Shown here: one piece after another, positions 43,874 to 51,498 of the stretch
Numbering within the stretch: the stretch's first letter is position 1
Layout: every line of letters begins with the position of its first letter
Source: a virus
DNA length: 64,000 nucleotides
IMG/VR virus record: IMGVR_UViG_3300042387_001967
Direction: 5' to 3' (one strand)
Made by a program: the position numbers and the translations under genes
The notes under the pieces: generated by a model
The model's input: only the letters and a program-made list of their open reading frames with translations
Told to the model about the DNA's origin: nothing
Databases searched by the model: none

Positions 43874-44462
43874 CGTCGTCCGCTTCTGGAGTCCTCACGT
43901 TTCCGGCCGTCTCCTTTTCGTGCTGCTGCGCCGCGTCCAGAACGCTGCCGTTCGCGTCCTCTCCTTGTGGTAATTTCGGCACGGCGGGTGCGGTGGTCTC
44001 GACCGCCGTGATCAGGCGCCGGCTGGCAATTCGCTTCAGAGAGCCGACGTTCTGATGTTCCGCTTCTTCCATGAACGCAGCGATGAGAGGGCCGGCCATC
44101 TTGTCCGCCACCTCCTGCTGAATCTGCGCTTGAGCATGCGGTCGCATCTTGTCGCTCAGCATACCGGGCATGGATGATGTGCCAGTGACCTGCGTGAACG
44201 GCTGGTCGGCCCCGCGCACAATGCGGATGTCCCAGTAGATGCGGATGTCGCTGTCGTTGACCCCGACGACGCCCGAGTGGAAATCGATCAGCGGACGTTC
44301 GCGGTCCAGCAGCCTGGCGTTGAGTTCGTTGGCCTCCTGGATGGCCTTGACCGCGCTCTGCAGTGCGGCCAAGACATCGACGGACGGCGCGTCAGGCGTT
44401 GAATTTCGCCCGGATTTCTTCTGCTTCGCTTTCGACTGGTTCGGTGGGTGGTGATTGCTCAT
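43854..44462 (-). CDS. Hypothetical protein
   Basis: MSNHHPPNQS..., about 200 aa. Confidence 0.55.
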   Translation of the reverse strand: MSNHHPPNQSKAKQKKSGRNSTPDAPSVDVLAALQSAVKAIQEANELNARLLDRERPLIDFHSGVVGVNDSDIRIYWDIRIVRGADQPFTQVTGTSSMPGMLSDKMRPHAQAQIQQEVADKMAGPLIAAFMEEAEHQNVGSLKRIASRRLITAVETTAPAVPKLPQGEDANGSVLDAAQQHEKETAGNVRTPEADDDDSPQP

Positions 44463-44586
44463 TTTGAATATCGCGTAGTTTCTCGCCTTGCTCACGCGTC
44501 CAGATCAAATAGAGTGACGTGCGTGCTTTTCCGAACCTGTCCGCACGTTCGTTTTCCAACAACACCGTCGATTTTGATTGAGCCAT
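44392..44586 (-). CDS. Small hypothetical protein
   Basis: 64 aa, divergent from the terminase N-half. Confidence 0.4.
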   Translation of the reverse strand: MAQSKSTVLLENERADRFGKARTSLYLIWTREQGEKLRDIQNEQSPPTEPVESEAEEIRAKFNA

Positions 44587-45019
44587 GTTAGCGCAAGGTG
44601 AATTTATTTATGATTTGATGAACGCCTTGAGGAGAGACCCTCAGCGGGCGGCAAAGGTGTCCGCCGCTCTGCAGCGCATGGACACGGTAACGGCGGCCGT
44701 GGCGGATGGCAAGGCCACACGCAGCGACATCGCCAAGATCGAGGCTGAGATCGTCCCGCTGTGCGGTTTCAACTTCGGCCTTCTCATTCCTCGATTCTTC
44801 CCGCGTTACCCATTCGAGAAGCCGCTCGACCTGAGCGCGCGCCCGTTCATGTATGCCATGACCGCGCTGGCGCCGGGCAGCGTCGTCACCCTAAAGGCTG
44901 GACGTCAGGTCGGGAAATGCGCCGACGGCGACACCACGGTCGTCACCGACCGCGGCGTCGCCACGTTGCACGACATCTTCGCGGAGGGGATCCCAGTTCA
45001 GGCCAGCATCGTGCGATAG
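44585..45019 (+). CDS. terL: Terminase large subunit, N-terminal fragment + split-intein N-part
   Basis: PLDLSARPFMYAM...VVTLKAGRQVGK ends exactly at the Walker A Lys, followed by intein block A CADGDTTVVTDRG and a stop 33 aa later. Start may be ATG 44618. Confidence 0.85.
   Translation: MLAQGEFIYDLMNALRRDPQRAAKVSAALQRMDTVTAAVADGKATRSDIAKIEAEIVPLCGFNFGLLIPRFFPRYPFEKPLDLSARPFMYAMTALAPGSVVTLKAGRQVGKCADGDTTVVTDRGVATLHDIFAEGIPVQASIVR
44918..45016 (+). other. Split intein N-fragment (33 aa)
   Basis: C1-A-D-G-D-T-T-V-V-T-D-R-G-V-A-T-L-H-D-I matches intein block A. Confidence 0.85.
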
Positions 45020-45960
45020 CTGCGAATGGCTTCTGCTCCGTGGATCTCGACGTATGACGGGTCGAACACTTCCGCCTCCGCAGGCGTGTAGATCAGCCCG
45101 TCCTTCAGCTTGTCGATCAGGTGCTGCGAGAACCGGTAGCGGACGCCGGGCGAAGCGAGCATCCACTTCGACTGCAGCGTGAGGATCATCTCGCCGGACA
45201 TCCCGGCTGCGAATCCGCAATCCCGCAGCAGATCGGTGATGTAGTTTTCCCGGATGCGCGCGAAACGATCCGCCAGCGTCTCGAAGTGGTGTCTGGCGCT
45301 CAGCGGCCAGCTTTTCTTCAGCCACTTGTGGCGCTCGAGGTAGATGTCCTGCATGCTCGGGGACAGGGCGCTCACGTCGGCGTAGAGGCAGGACACTCCG
45401 CAGGTCCACATCTTGTGCTCGCCGACGTAGAACTGATCAAGGTCCGCCTTGCCCGATTCCATGATCATGCGGCGGCAGAGCATGCCGAAGTTGGAATGAT
45501 CCGCGGCGCTGGCTCCGGCGTGATCCTCCGCGCACGCCAGCAGCGACAGCTGCGGTTGACGCAGCGCGGTCCGCATCTGCTGCAGCAGGATGCTACGGTC
45601 AATCTGCAGCGCCGTTGCGTCCGGGCCCGTATATGGGTATTCCGGCTTCGGCAACTTCTTGCTCAGCTTTCCGGCTGCGTCATACATCTCGACGATCCGC
45701 TCGTCGCGACGCAGGAAGAACGCATCGCTCTCGTCTTTCCTCGCTGCCTTGCGCATCCATATTTCGGCGTCTTCGACGTCGATTCGGTAGATGGTGATGT
45801 CCGGCCTGCCCGGGTCGTTGCTGGCGGCCTGGACGCTGACGAGTCCTGCGAGGAACGGGGATGGACGCGGAGTCCATTGCTGCTTTTTTGGTAGTTTCTG
45901 AGTGGTGTTCAAATGGTTGAGTTGTGGACGACCATACAGCGTGGAGACGGCGGACGGCAA
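44998..45960 (-). CDS. Hypothetical protein inserted antisense between the terminase halves
   Basis: About 300-320 aa ORF; no HNH, GIY-YIG, LAGLIDADG or Vsr motif seen. Confidence 0.65.
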   Translation of the reverse strand: MPSAVSTLYGRPQLNHLNTTQKLPKKQQWTPRPSPFLAGLVSVQAASNDPGRPDITIYRIDVEDAEIWMRKAARKDESDAFFLRRDERIVEMYDAAGKLSKKLPKPEYPYTGPDATALQIDRSILLQQMRTALRQPQLSLLACAEDHAGASAADHSNFGMLCRRMIMESGKADLDQFYVGEHKMWTCGVSCLYADVSALSPSMQDIYLERHKWLKKSWPLSARHHFETLADRFARIRENYITDLLRDCGFAAGMSGEMILTLQSKWMLASPGVRYRFSQHLIDKLKDGLIYTPAEAEVFDPSYVEIHGAEAIRSYRTMLA

Positions 45961-46088
45961 GTCCGTGGATGTCTTCGCTGCCCCTTCGTCCGTAATGGGG
46001 AATAATGCGCGCGGTCGTTCCGTGCCGACCGTGTTCCTGCGCCTGTTCAGGTGAGCCCCCGCCGCTTGCGCTTGCGGGGATCTTCATC

Positions 46089-46116
46089 TTGACGCTATTT
46101 GCGATGCGCCTACGAT
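46089..46116 (+). promoter_or_regulatory. Sigma70-like promoter for the terminase C-half
   Basis: TTGACG-N16-TACGAT, 12 nt upstream of in-frame GTG 46129. Confidence 0.55.
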
Positions 46117-46128
46117 GCCAAACATCGC

Positions 46129-46485
46129 GTGCTGTTGGAAACCGAAATAGCTGAGGAAAGATCCGTGGAGCATCTCGACTTAAAAGTCGCTGCTCCGGGT
46201 GGTGCTTTTGTGCGTGTCACCCACGTCTGCCGAACCGTGCCGATGCCGGTGTGGCGAATCCTGACGCGAGATTTCGCGTTGGAGTGCGCCGGCAAGCATT
46301 TGGTAAGGAGACTCAGTGGATATGGGCAGGTGGATCAATGCCTGCCCGGTGACTTCATACTGACTCAAGACGGCTGGCAGCCCGTCACTGCATGTGCGCC
46401 GGTGGGTGAGGAACGCGAGATGTTCGACCTCCGTGTGGAGGGCGAGGATCACGCATACTTCACCTCCGGGATTGCCAGCCACAAT
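46129..46485 (+). other. Split intein C-fragment (about 119 aa, no endonuclease)
   Basis: KVAAPGGAFVRVTHV, block B ECAGKH, block F EMFDLRVE, block G YFTSGIASHN followed by Ser+1. Confidence 0.88.
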
Positions 46486-48045
46486 TCCACGGGCCTCGGG
46501 GCCGCTGAGCTGTTCAAGCTCAGCGTGGTTCCAAATTACCGCTCCATCTACCTGACCCCGCTGAGGGAGCAGAGCAAGACGATGGCGGACAAGCTGCTCA
46601 ACATGCAGCGCGGCTCGATCTGTCCCCCGGCGTATTTCACCTCCCGCGGCTACCGCAACAACATGTATTACAAGGAGTCGCCACAGGGAGGCTCGCTGAA
46701 GCTGATGCACATCCTGACGGACCCGACAAAGATCCGCGGCGAAAGCGTGCCCACCATCATCATCGATGAGAGCCAGGATTTCGACGCCGAGCATCTGCCG
46801 GAAATCGAGCAGGTTCAAAAAGCCTTTCCCGACGATCGTCTGACCGTGTTCGCCGGCACGTCGAAGCATCTCGATACCTGCCTGGAGGCTCAATACAACC
46901 TGGGCAGTCGCGGCGTGTGGCACGTGTATTGTCCGTGTCCGAAGAAGTTCCACTCGCTTGGCGACGCAGAGCTCGTGCCGAAAATGATGGCCTCCGTGGA
47001 AGGCCTGCGCTGCCCGGACAACAAGCACATCAAGCTCAACCCCCTGATGGGGGAGTTCGTCCACGAAGACCGGTCTCGGCTGCGCGTCAACATGCCCAGC
47101 TTCCATCTGCCGCAGGTGATCGTGCCGGAGTATGCCCTCGGAAAGGGCTTCATGGACATCTGGAAGGACTACAAAAAGTATCCTCTCAAGAAGTTCCTGC
47201 AGGAGGTCTGGGGTATCGCAGTCGAGTCCGGGCTGACCGAACTCAACGAGGAAGATTTGAAGCGGTGCTGCACCACCAAGACGTTCGCGCAGACGCAGGA
47301 GGACTGCCTCGCCGGACGTTCGCGCTACATGTATCTGTTCTCCGGCGTGGACTGGGGCGGCTCGGACTGGGAGCCGGCGTATCGCAGCAAACTCTCCTAC
47401 ACGGTGCATACGATTTACGGGATGCGCGGCGACGGGAAGATGGACCTAGTCTACGCCTTCCGCTACTCCGGCATGAACTACCGCGAGATCGCACAGAACA
47501 TCGTCGAGCAGCACAACAAGTATAAGAGCTTCGCGATGGGCACCGACAACGGCGGCGGCGCTTACTACAACGCCTACATGCGGGACTGCGGACGCATCCG
47601 GACGGAATCGATCATTCACTTTCAGTATACCGACACCAAGCTGATGCTGGACCGCATCAAGCACCCGGAGGCGCACATCATGTCGCTGCACCGGTCGGAC
47701 TCCCTCTCGGCTCTGCTTGCCGACATCAAGGACCAGAACATCTCATGGCCACGCTGGGACGAGTCCAGCCCATTCGTGTTGGACTGCCTGAACATCCGGA
47801 GAAACATAGCCGAAGCGCCGTCCGGTCGCACCATCATGCGCTACATCAAGGCTGGGGCGCGGTCGGATGACTTCCTGCAGTCTACCAACTACGCGTGCAT
47901 GATGAAGCGCATCGTGCGCAACGAATCGCTCATCCCGAACAAGCAGATCATGGACGAGCTGCGGACGTTGTTCGGTCTGTCCATCCCGACCGATCTGGCG
48001 TCGCGGATGGGCGACATGTTCGAGGGCGGCTACGTGGGCGGGTAA
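46129..48045 (+). CDS. terL: Split-intein C-part + terminase large subunit C-terminal fragment
   Basis: Extein begins STGLG (completes GRQVGK/ST); YLTPLREQS, IRGESVPTIIIDESQDF (Walker B), FAGTSK, nuclease SGVDWGG, GTDNGGG, SDDFLQSTNY. The ORF track starts at TTG 46099. Confidence 0.88.
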   Translation: MLLETEIAEERSVEHLDLKVAAPGGAFVRVTHVCRTVPMPVWRILTRDFALECAGKHLVRRLSGYGQVDQCLPGDFILTQDGWQPVTACAPVGEEREMFDLRVEGEDHAYFTSGIASHNSTGLGAAELFKLSVVPNYRSIYLTPLREQSKTMADKLLNMQRGSICPPAYFTSRGYRNNMYYKESPQGGSLKLMHILTDPTKIRGESVPTIIIDESQDFDAEHLPEIEQVQKAFPDDRLTVFAGTSKHLDTCLEAQYNLGSRGVWHVYCPCPKKFHSLGDAELVPKMMASVEGLRCPDNKHIKLNPLMGEFVHEDRSRLRVNMPSFHLPQVIVPEYALGKGFMDIWKDYKKYPLKKFLQEVWGIAVESGLTELNEEDLKRCCTTKTFAQTQEDCLAGRSRYMYLFSGVDWGGSDWEPAYRSKLSYTVHTIYGMRGDGKMDLVYAFRYSGMNYREIAQNIVEQHNKYKSFAMGTDNGGGAYYNAYMRDCGRIRTESIIHFQYTDTKLMLDRIKHPEAHIMSLHRSDSLSALLADIKDQNISWPRWDESSPFVLDCLNIRRNIAEAPSGRTIMRYIKAGARSDDFLQSTNYACMMKRIVRNESLIPNKQIMDELRTLFGLSIPTDLASRMGDMFEGGYVGG

Positions 48046-48055
48046 TTTCTGTAGT

Positions 48056-48097
48056 AGGTAAAGAAGACGCCGGCGCGGCCCCACCTGGGGCCGCGCC
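48056..48097 (-). terminator. GC hairpin followed by TTTACCT
   Basis: ggcgcggcccca-cc-tggggccgcgcc (48072-48097), aggtaaa at 48056. Confidence 0.65.
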
Positions 48098-48110
48098 ATG
48101 CGCAGACGAC

Positions 48111-48593
48111 TTAGATGTTTTTTCGTTCTGCCGCCTCGGCGGCGATCATCGCCGACATCAGTGGGGCGGCGTCAGTCGGCAGCACTTTCTTGATCGCCAT
48201 CGGACGACACATGCCGTGTGTGTATGCCGACGCCTCCATCATGTCAGCTGCGCTGGGCATGCAATCGTTAGCGCGCGCAGACTTTGCGGTTTCCCCGCAG
48301 CACCCACGGCCGCACGGGCCGCAGTAGGTGCCGGAGGCGTGGCTCCTGCAGCTGCAGCCGCAGCGGCACTCGCAGAAGCTCGGGAGCGGCGGCGTGTAGA
48401 GACACACCCACTCGCCCAGCGCCTCGCGGCGGCCCACTTCAATCTGCGCCTCTTCCTCCGTCGCGTAGCGGTCGCCGACTAGCGCACGACTCTCCCCGGA
48501 CCACACCCCGTATGGCAGCGGGGGTGTGATGCTAACGATATTGAGGCCTTCGCGCACAACAGTCAGCCCGTCACTTGTGATAGTGGTTTTCAT
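48111..48593 (-). CDS. Cys-rich hypothetical protein
   Basis: CECRCGCSC...CGPCGRGCC, 160 aa; purine-rich AAGGGGGT upstream. Confidence 0.5.
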   Translation of the reverse strand: MKTTITSDGLTVVREGLNIVSITPPLPYGVWSGESRALVGDRYATEEEAQIEVGRREALGEWVCLYTPPLPSFCECRCGCSCRSHASGTYCGPCGRGCCGETAKSARANDCMPSAADMMEASAYTHGMCRPMAIKKVLPTDAAPLMSAMIAAEAAERKNI

Positions 48594-48599
48594 AACGAC

Positions 48600-48785
48600 A
48601 ACCCCCTTAGCCCGTCCTTCAACAGGCGTTGGCGTCCAGACTCGGGGGAAGTCCAGAAGGCTGACTCAGCATGACGCCCCGGAAGTGGGGAACCCGGGCG
48701 CCGTTCGAAGCAGCGCCCGGGTCTTGTCGTCATTGCCTGTCGGCGTGCACACACACAGCCACCAGACGAATCTGGTAACCATGTA
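48600..48785 (-). ncRNA. Candidate structured leader or small RNA
   Basis: Follows promoter 48796-48825; ACCAGA-UUCG-UCUGGU hairpin, ACCCGGGCGC/GCGCCCGGGU stem and AUGACG/CGUCAU closing helix. Confidence 0.35.
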
Positions 48786-48795
48786 TATACAAAGT

Positions 48796-48825
48796 ATTAT
48801 GACACGGAAGGGTCTGGAATTGCAC
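48796..48825 (-). promoter_or_regulatory. Promoter, class GCAAWW-N14-GTCATAA
   Basis: GTGCAA-N18-CATAAT-ACTTTG. Confidence 0.65.
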
Positions 48826-48836
48826 GGGGTCCAACC

Positions 48837-48883
48837 AGGTAAAGGAAGTGCCGCCGCGGCCCCCGAAGGAGCCGCGGCGGCAC
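48837..48883 (-). terminator. GC hairpin followed by TTTACCT
   Basis: gtgccgccgcggc...gccgcggcggcac (48848-48883), aggtaaa at 48837. Confidence 0.65.
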
Positions 48884-48889
48884 GTTGCG

Positions 48890-49258
48890 TTACAGGGCGG
48901 GGTCGGCGCCAGCAAGGAGGCTGCCGGTGGTGCGCAGGCGCTCGACGAGTTCCCGCAGTCTGGCAGCGACGCCAGCCACGAACGGGATCTCGTAGTCGAG
49001 GTCCGTTGGTCCGCTAAGGACCGCCGGCAGCCACCCGCCGTCATCGTCGTCGGGCTTGGTCGACGCTTCGAGCCAGAGAACGTCGGCGAGGTTTTTGGAA
49101 GTGAACTCCGAGAGGAGTTCCTTCCGGTGTTTCTCCAGCGCAGCGATAACTGACCAGCCCTTGCGGGCTGCGTCATCACTGGCCATGGTTCCGAGCTGTT
49201 TGACCAGCTCACACAGTTCAGCCGCTTTTGGCGGCATCATGGTATTGGTGGTGTCCAT
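48890..49258 (-). CDS. Hypothetical protein, probably leaderless
   Basis: ATG 49258 lies 7 nt after the -10 box; bounded by a promoter and a terminator. Confidence 0.6.
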   Translation of the reverse strand: MDTTNTMMPPKAAELCELVKQLGTMASDDAARKGWSVIAALEKHRKELLSEFTSKNLADVLWLEASTKPDDDDGGWLPAVLSGPTDLDYEIPFVAGVAARLRELVERLRTTGSLLAGADPAL

Positions 49259-49265
49259 ACAAAGT

Positions 49266-49295
49266 CTTATGACACCGCGCGGTCTCGAATTGCGG
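49266..49295 (-). promoter_or_regulatory. Promoter, class GCAAWW-N14-GTCATAA
   Basis: CCGCAA-N18-CATAAG-ACTTTG. Confidence 0.6.
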
Positions 49296-49296
49296 C

Positions 49297-49383
49297 AGGT
49301 AAAGAAGACGAGCCGGCGCGGCCTCGTGGGCCGCGCCGGCTGTTTCGTAAAGTGAACCGGGCGGGACCTCAGCCCCGCCCGGT
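49297..49383 (-). terminator. Tandem hairpins with TTTAC(C/G) tails
   Basis: agccggcgcggcc/ggccgcgccggct (49311-49341) with aggtaaa 49297; accgggcggg/cccgcccggt (49356-49383) with cgtaaag just below it. Confidence 0.65.
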
Positions 49384-49628
49384 GTATCGAGGCGATACGG
49401 TATCGCAGCACGACGCTGCGATTGATGAACACCAACCGCTCGAAGAGGCGCAGGACTCGCCTGCAGCTTTTCGAGCGGGGTGCGAAACGAAAAAGAACGG
49501 ACACCGTATCCGTCAGCCAGCGGCGCATCTGTTGCTGTAGATGATCCCACGCATGACGCAGGATGAACTTCACAACAGATGCGCGGGCTGACGAGGCGTG
49601 ATGTGTTTAGACGGCGAACACCACTCAG
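49345..49628 (-). ncRNA. Candidate structured non-coding RNA (about 280 nt)
   Basis: Lies between promoter 49635-49664 and terminators; stems 49511-18/49586-93, 49523-34/49573-84, 49436-44/49470-78, 49402-09/49415-22; no credible ORF confined to the unit. Confidence 0.5.
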
Positions 49629-49634
49629 CAAAGT

Positions 49635-49664
49635 ATTATGACGCAAGATGACGCCAAATTGCGT
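49635..49664 (-). promoter_or_regulatory. Promoter, class GCAAWW-N14-GTCATAA
   Basis: ACGCAA-N18-CATAAT-ACTTTG. Confidence 0.65.
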
Positions 49665-50293
49665 CAAGCATCCGAGTCGTCTTTGAACTCGGCCGCGACC
49701 GCTGCATACTCCTCATCCATCGCGCGCAGCATGTCGGTCGGGACTCCCAGCGCACGCATCTGGTCGAGCACCATCAGGTATGCCCGCTCGACCTCTGTCG
49801 CATTCTGATCCTGATCCTCTTGCTCGTATTCGAGCGCATCCTGGATGTATCGCCGCACCGCATTCGAGAATGTCGGCGGATCGACGGAGTCGCTCGCCAT
49901 CCCCATTTCGAGCACCGCCCACATGATCTCCGTAGCGTCCAGGTCATCGAAGATCAGCGTGTCGCCGAGGTCACCGTCGAACAAAGCGGTAGCGACCGCC
50001 ACGAACACATCCGCGTCATACCAGAATTGTCCGTTCGTCAGCCCAGTGATGATCGCGTTGAGTTTGTTCTCCCCCTCCTCGGTCACCCAGGTTCCATACC
50101 GGGTAAACAGGTCTGACCACATCTCAGATGGATCCATCTGCTCCACGCCTGCCTCAGCATCCCCCATGACCGCGGGGCCGAAGGCGTGGAGCGCAATGAC
50201 AAACAGGACGATACCAGACGTGTCAGCATCTCCGAGGGCCTTCCTTATCTCGCCCTCGTCCAGTTTGACAGATGCCGTCATCAAGCTGCTCAT
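49664..50293 (-). CDS. Hypothetical protein, possibly head-associated
   Basis: 209 aa, acidic, co-oriented downstream of the KxA-rich protein. Confidence 0.6.
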   Translation of the reverse strand: MSSLMTASVKLDEGEIRKALGDADTSGIVLFVIALHAFGPAVMGDAEAGVEQMDPSEMWSDLFTRYGTWVTEEGENKLNAIITGLTNGQFWYDADVFVAVATALFDGDLGDTLIFDDLDATEIMWAVLEMGMASDSVDPPTFSNAVRRYIQDALEYEQEDQDQNATEVERAYLMVLDQMRALGVPTDMLRAMDEEYAAVAAEFKDDSDA

Positions 50294-50312
50294 AGTGCGT
50301 CAGGTGTTGGTT

Positions 50313-51380
50313 TCAGGCGGCGGCAGCGACGGTCAAACGTAGTAGAGTTTTTTGGTCGCTCTCCGGCCACTGCTCGACAGCGAGACTGAGGTCGCGCGCA
50401 TCCCCGGTGTCCCGCAGACGTCTGAATGTATCCGCAGCAGATTTGCTGAGCCGATACTCCGCATCCATCGCATCGATCGAGCGGACTTCTTGCAGCGGCA
50501 GTAAAACGTCACGAACCAGGACGTGCTCCTTCGCCGCCTTTTCCGCATCAGAGGCGAGCGCGCCGCAGAACACGATGTCGAACGGCGTCGGCACCAGCGA
50601 TGAGTGACGGTAGCTGTTGGAGACGCCAGCGACGAAATCGATGGTCGCAATTTTTTCCATGGCAGCGTCCGGCTCGGCCTCCAGGTCGGCGAGGGCCGCC
50701 TGGTAGTCCGCCTCCACCTGCTCCCGGATTGTCGCGTCCTTGCAAAACTGCGACCGTCCCTGAATTCTTCGTGCGGCCTCCTCTGCGTCCGGGAAGCGCT
50801 CTACGCCGTGCCGCATGATGAGATCCGGCAGTTCGTGCGACACGTTATGGTCGTGCGCGGCTTTCACGATCTCTCTGGCCGCAGCCACGAACATCGGAAG
50901 CATGATGCGATTCTCCGCTGCCATCTTCGACAGCTCGAACGATGAATCGCGAACGTCGACCGCGTCGTTCAGCGGCAGCAGCTTGAAAACTTCGCCACCG
51001 AATTCGTCATTGATGGCGTAGCGGCCCTCCGTCAATTCGTCGAGCGAGGCGCTCTTCTCGAACTCGCCCGCGAACAGTTCAGCGTAGGGCAGGATGTCCT
51101 GCTCGATGCCATAGTGGGCGCACGCTGACTTGACGCGTTCCAGCGTGGCGTCGTCGTAATTATCCAGATGCGCGAATACGTTGAGTGCTGAGTGAAAGGC
51201 TGCAGACTTTGTGCAGATTGGCAGCAGCCGGCGCTTCGTGTCGGCGAAGGCTGCCGATGCTTTCTTCTCGAATTCCGCCGCCTCCGGCATGGGTTCGCTC
51301 GCGACCCAATCGGGAAACGGATGATGCATCTCTGCCCGATACAAAAACTTGGGATTGTTGAGGGTGTTGAAGTCTTGCAT
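50313..51380 (-). CDS. KxA-motif-rich protein, probable head/scaffold component
   Basis: EKKASAA, EKSAS, SKMAA, VKAAH, EKAAK and SKSAA motifs; ATG 51380. Confidence 0.55.
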   Translation of the reverse strand: MQDFNTLNNPKFLYRAEMHHPFPDWVASEPMPEAAEFEKKASAAFADTKRRLLPICTKSAAFHSALNVFAHLDNYDDATLERVKSACAHYGIEQDILPYAELFAGEFEKSASLDELTEGRYAINDEFGGEVFKLLPLNDAVDVRDSSFELSKMAAENRIMLPMFVAAAREIVKAAHDHNVSHELPDLIMRHGVERFPDAEEAARRIQGRSQFCKDATIREQVEADYQAALADLEAEPDAAMEKIATIDFVAGVSNSYRHSSLVPTPFDIVFCGALASDAEKAAKEHVLVRDVLLPLQEVRSIDAMDAEYRLSKSAADTFRRLRDTGDARDLSLAVEQWPESDQKTLLRLTVAAAA

Positions 51381-51498
51381 GTTCGTGTCGTAGAGGTGGC
51401 TGTGGGTATGGAGACAGCATAGCCGAATTTTTGCAACTGTGGAAGTGCAAATCCTGACGTGGACTTCCGGCAGAGGATCGCGATAATGCCAAACACCT

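Noticed and set aside
44584-44587. Divergent genes apparently sharing one CATG as overlapping start codons
   Set aside because: The terminase N-half more plausibly starts at in-frame ATG 44618; cannot be resolved from sequence.
48600-49630. tRNA, tmRNA, RNase P or known ribozyme in the structured regions
   Set aside because: No T-loop/CCA, tmRNA ends or hammerhead core seen; left as unclassified candidates.
48890-49667. Extended ORFs 48890-49573 and 49218-49667
   Set aside because: They run through two terminators and a promoter; the leaderless ATG 49258 is preferred.
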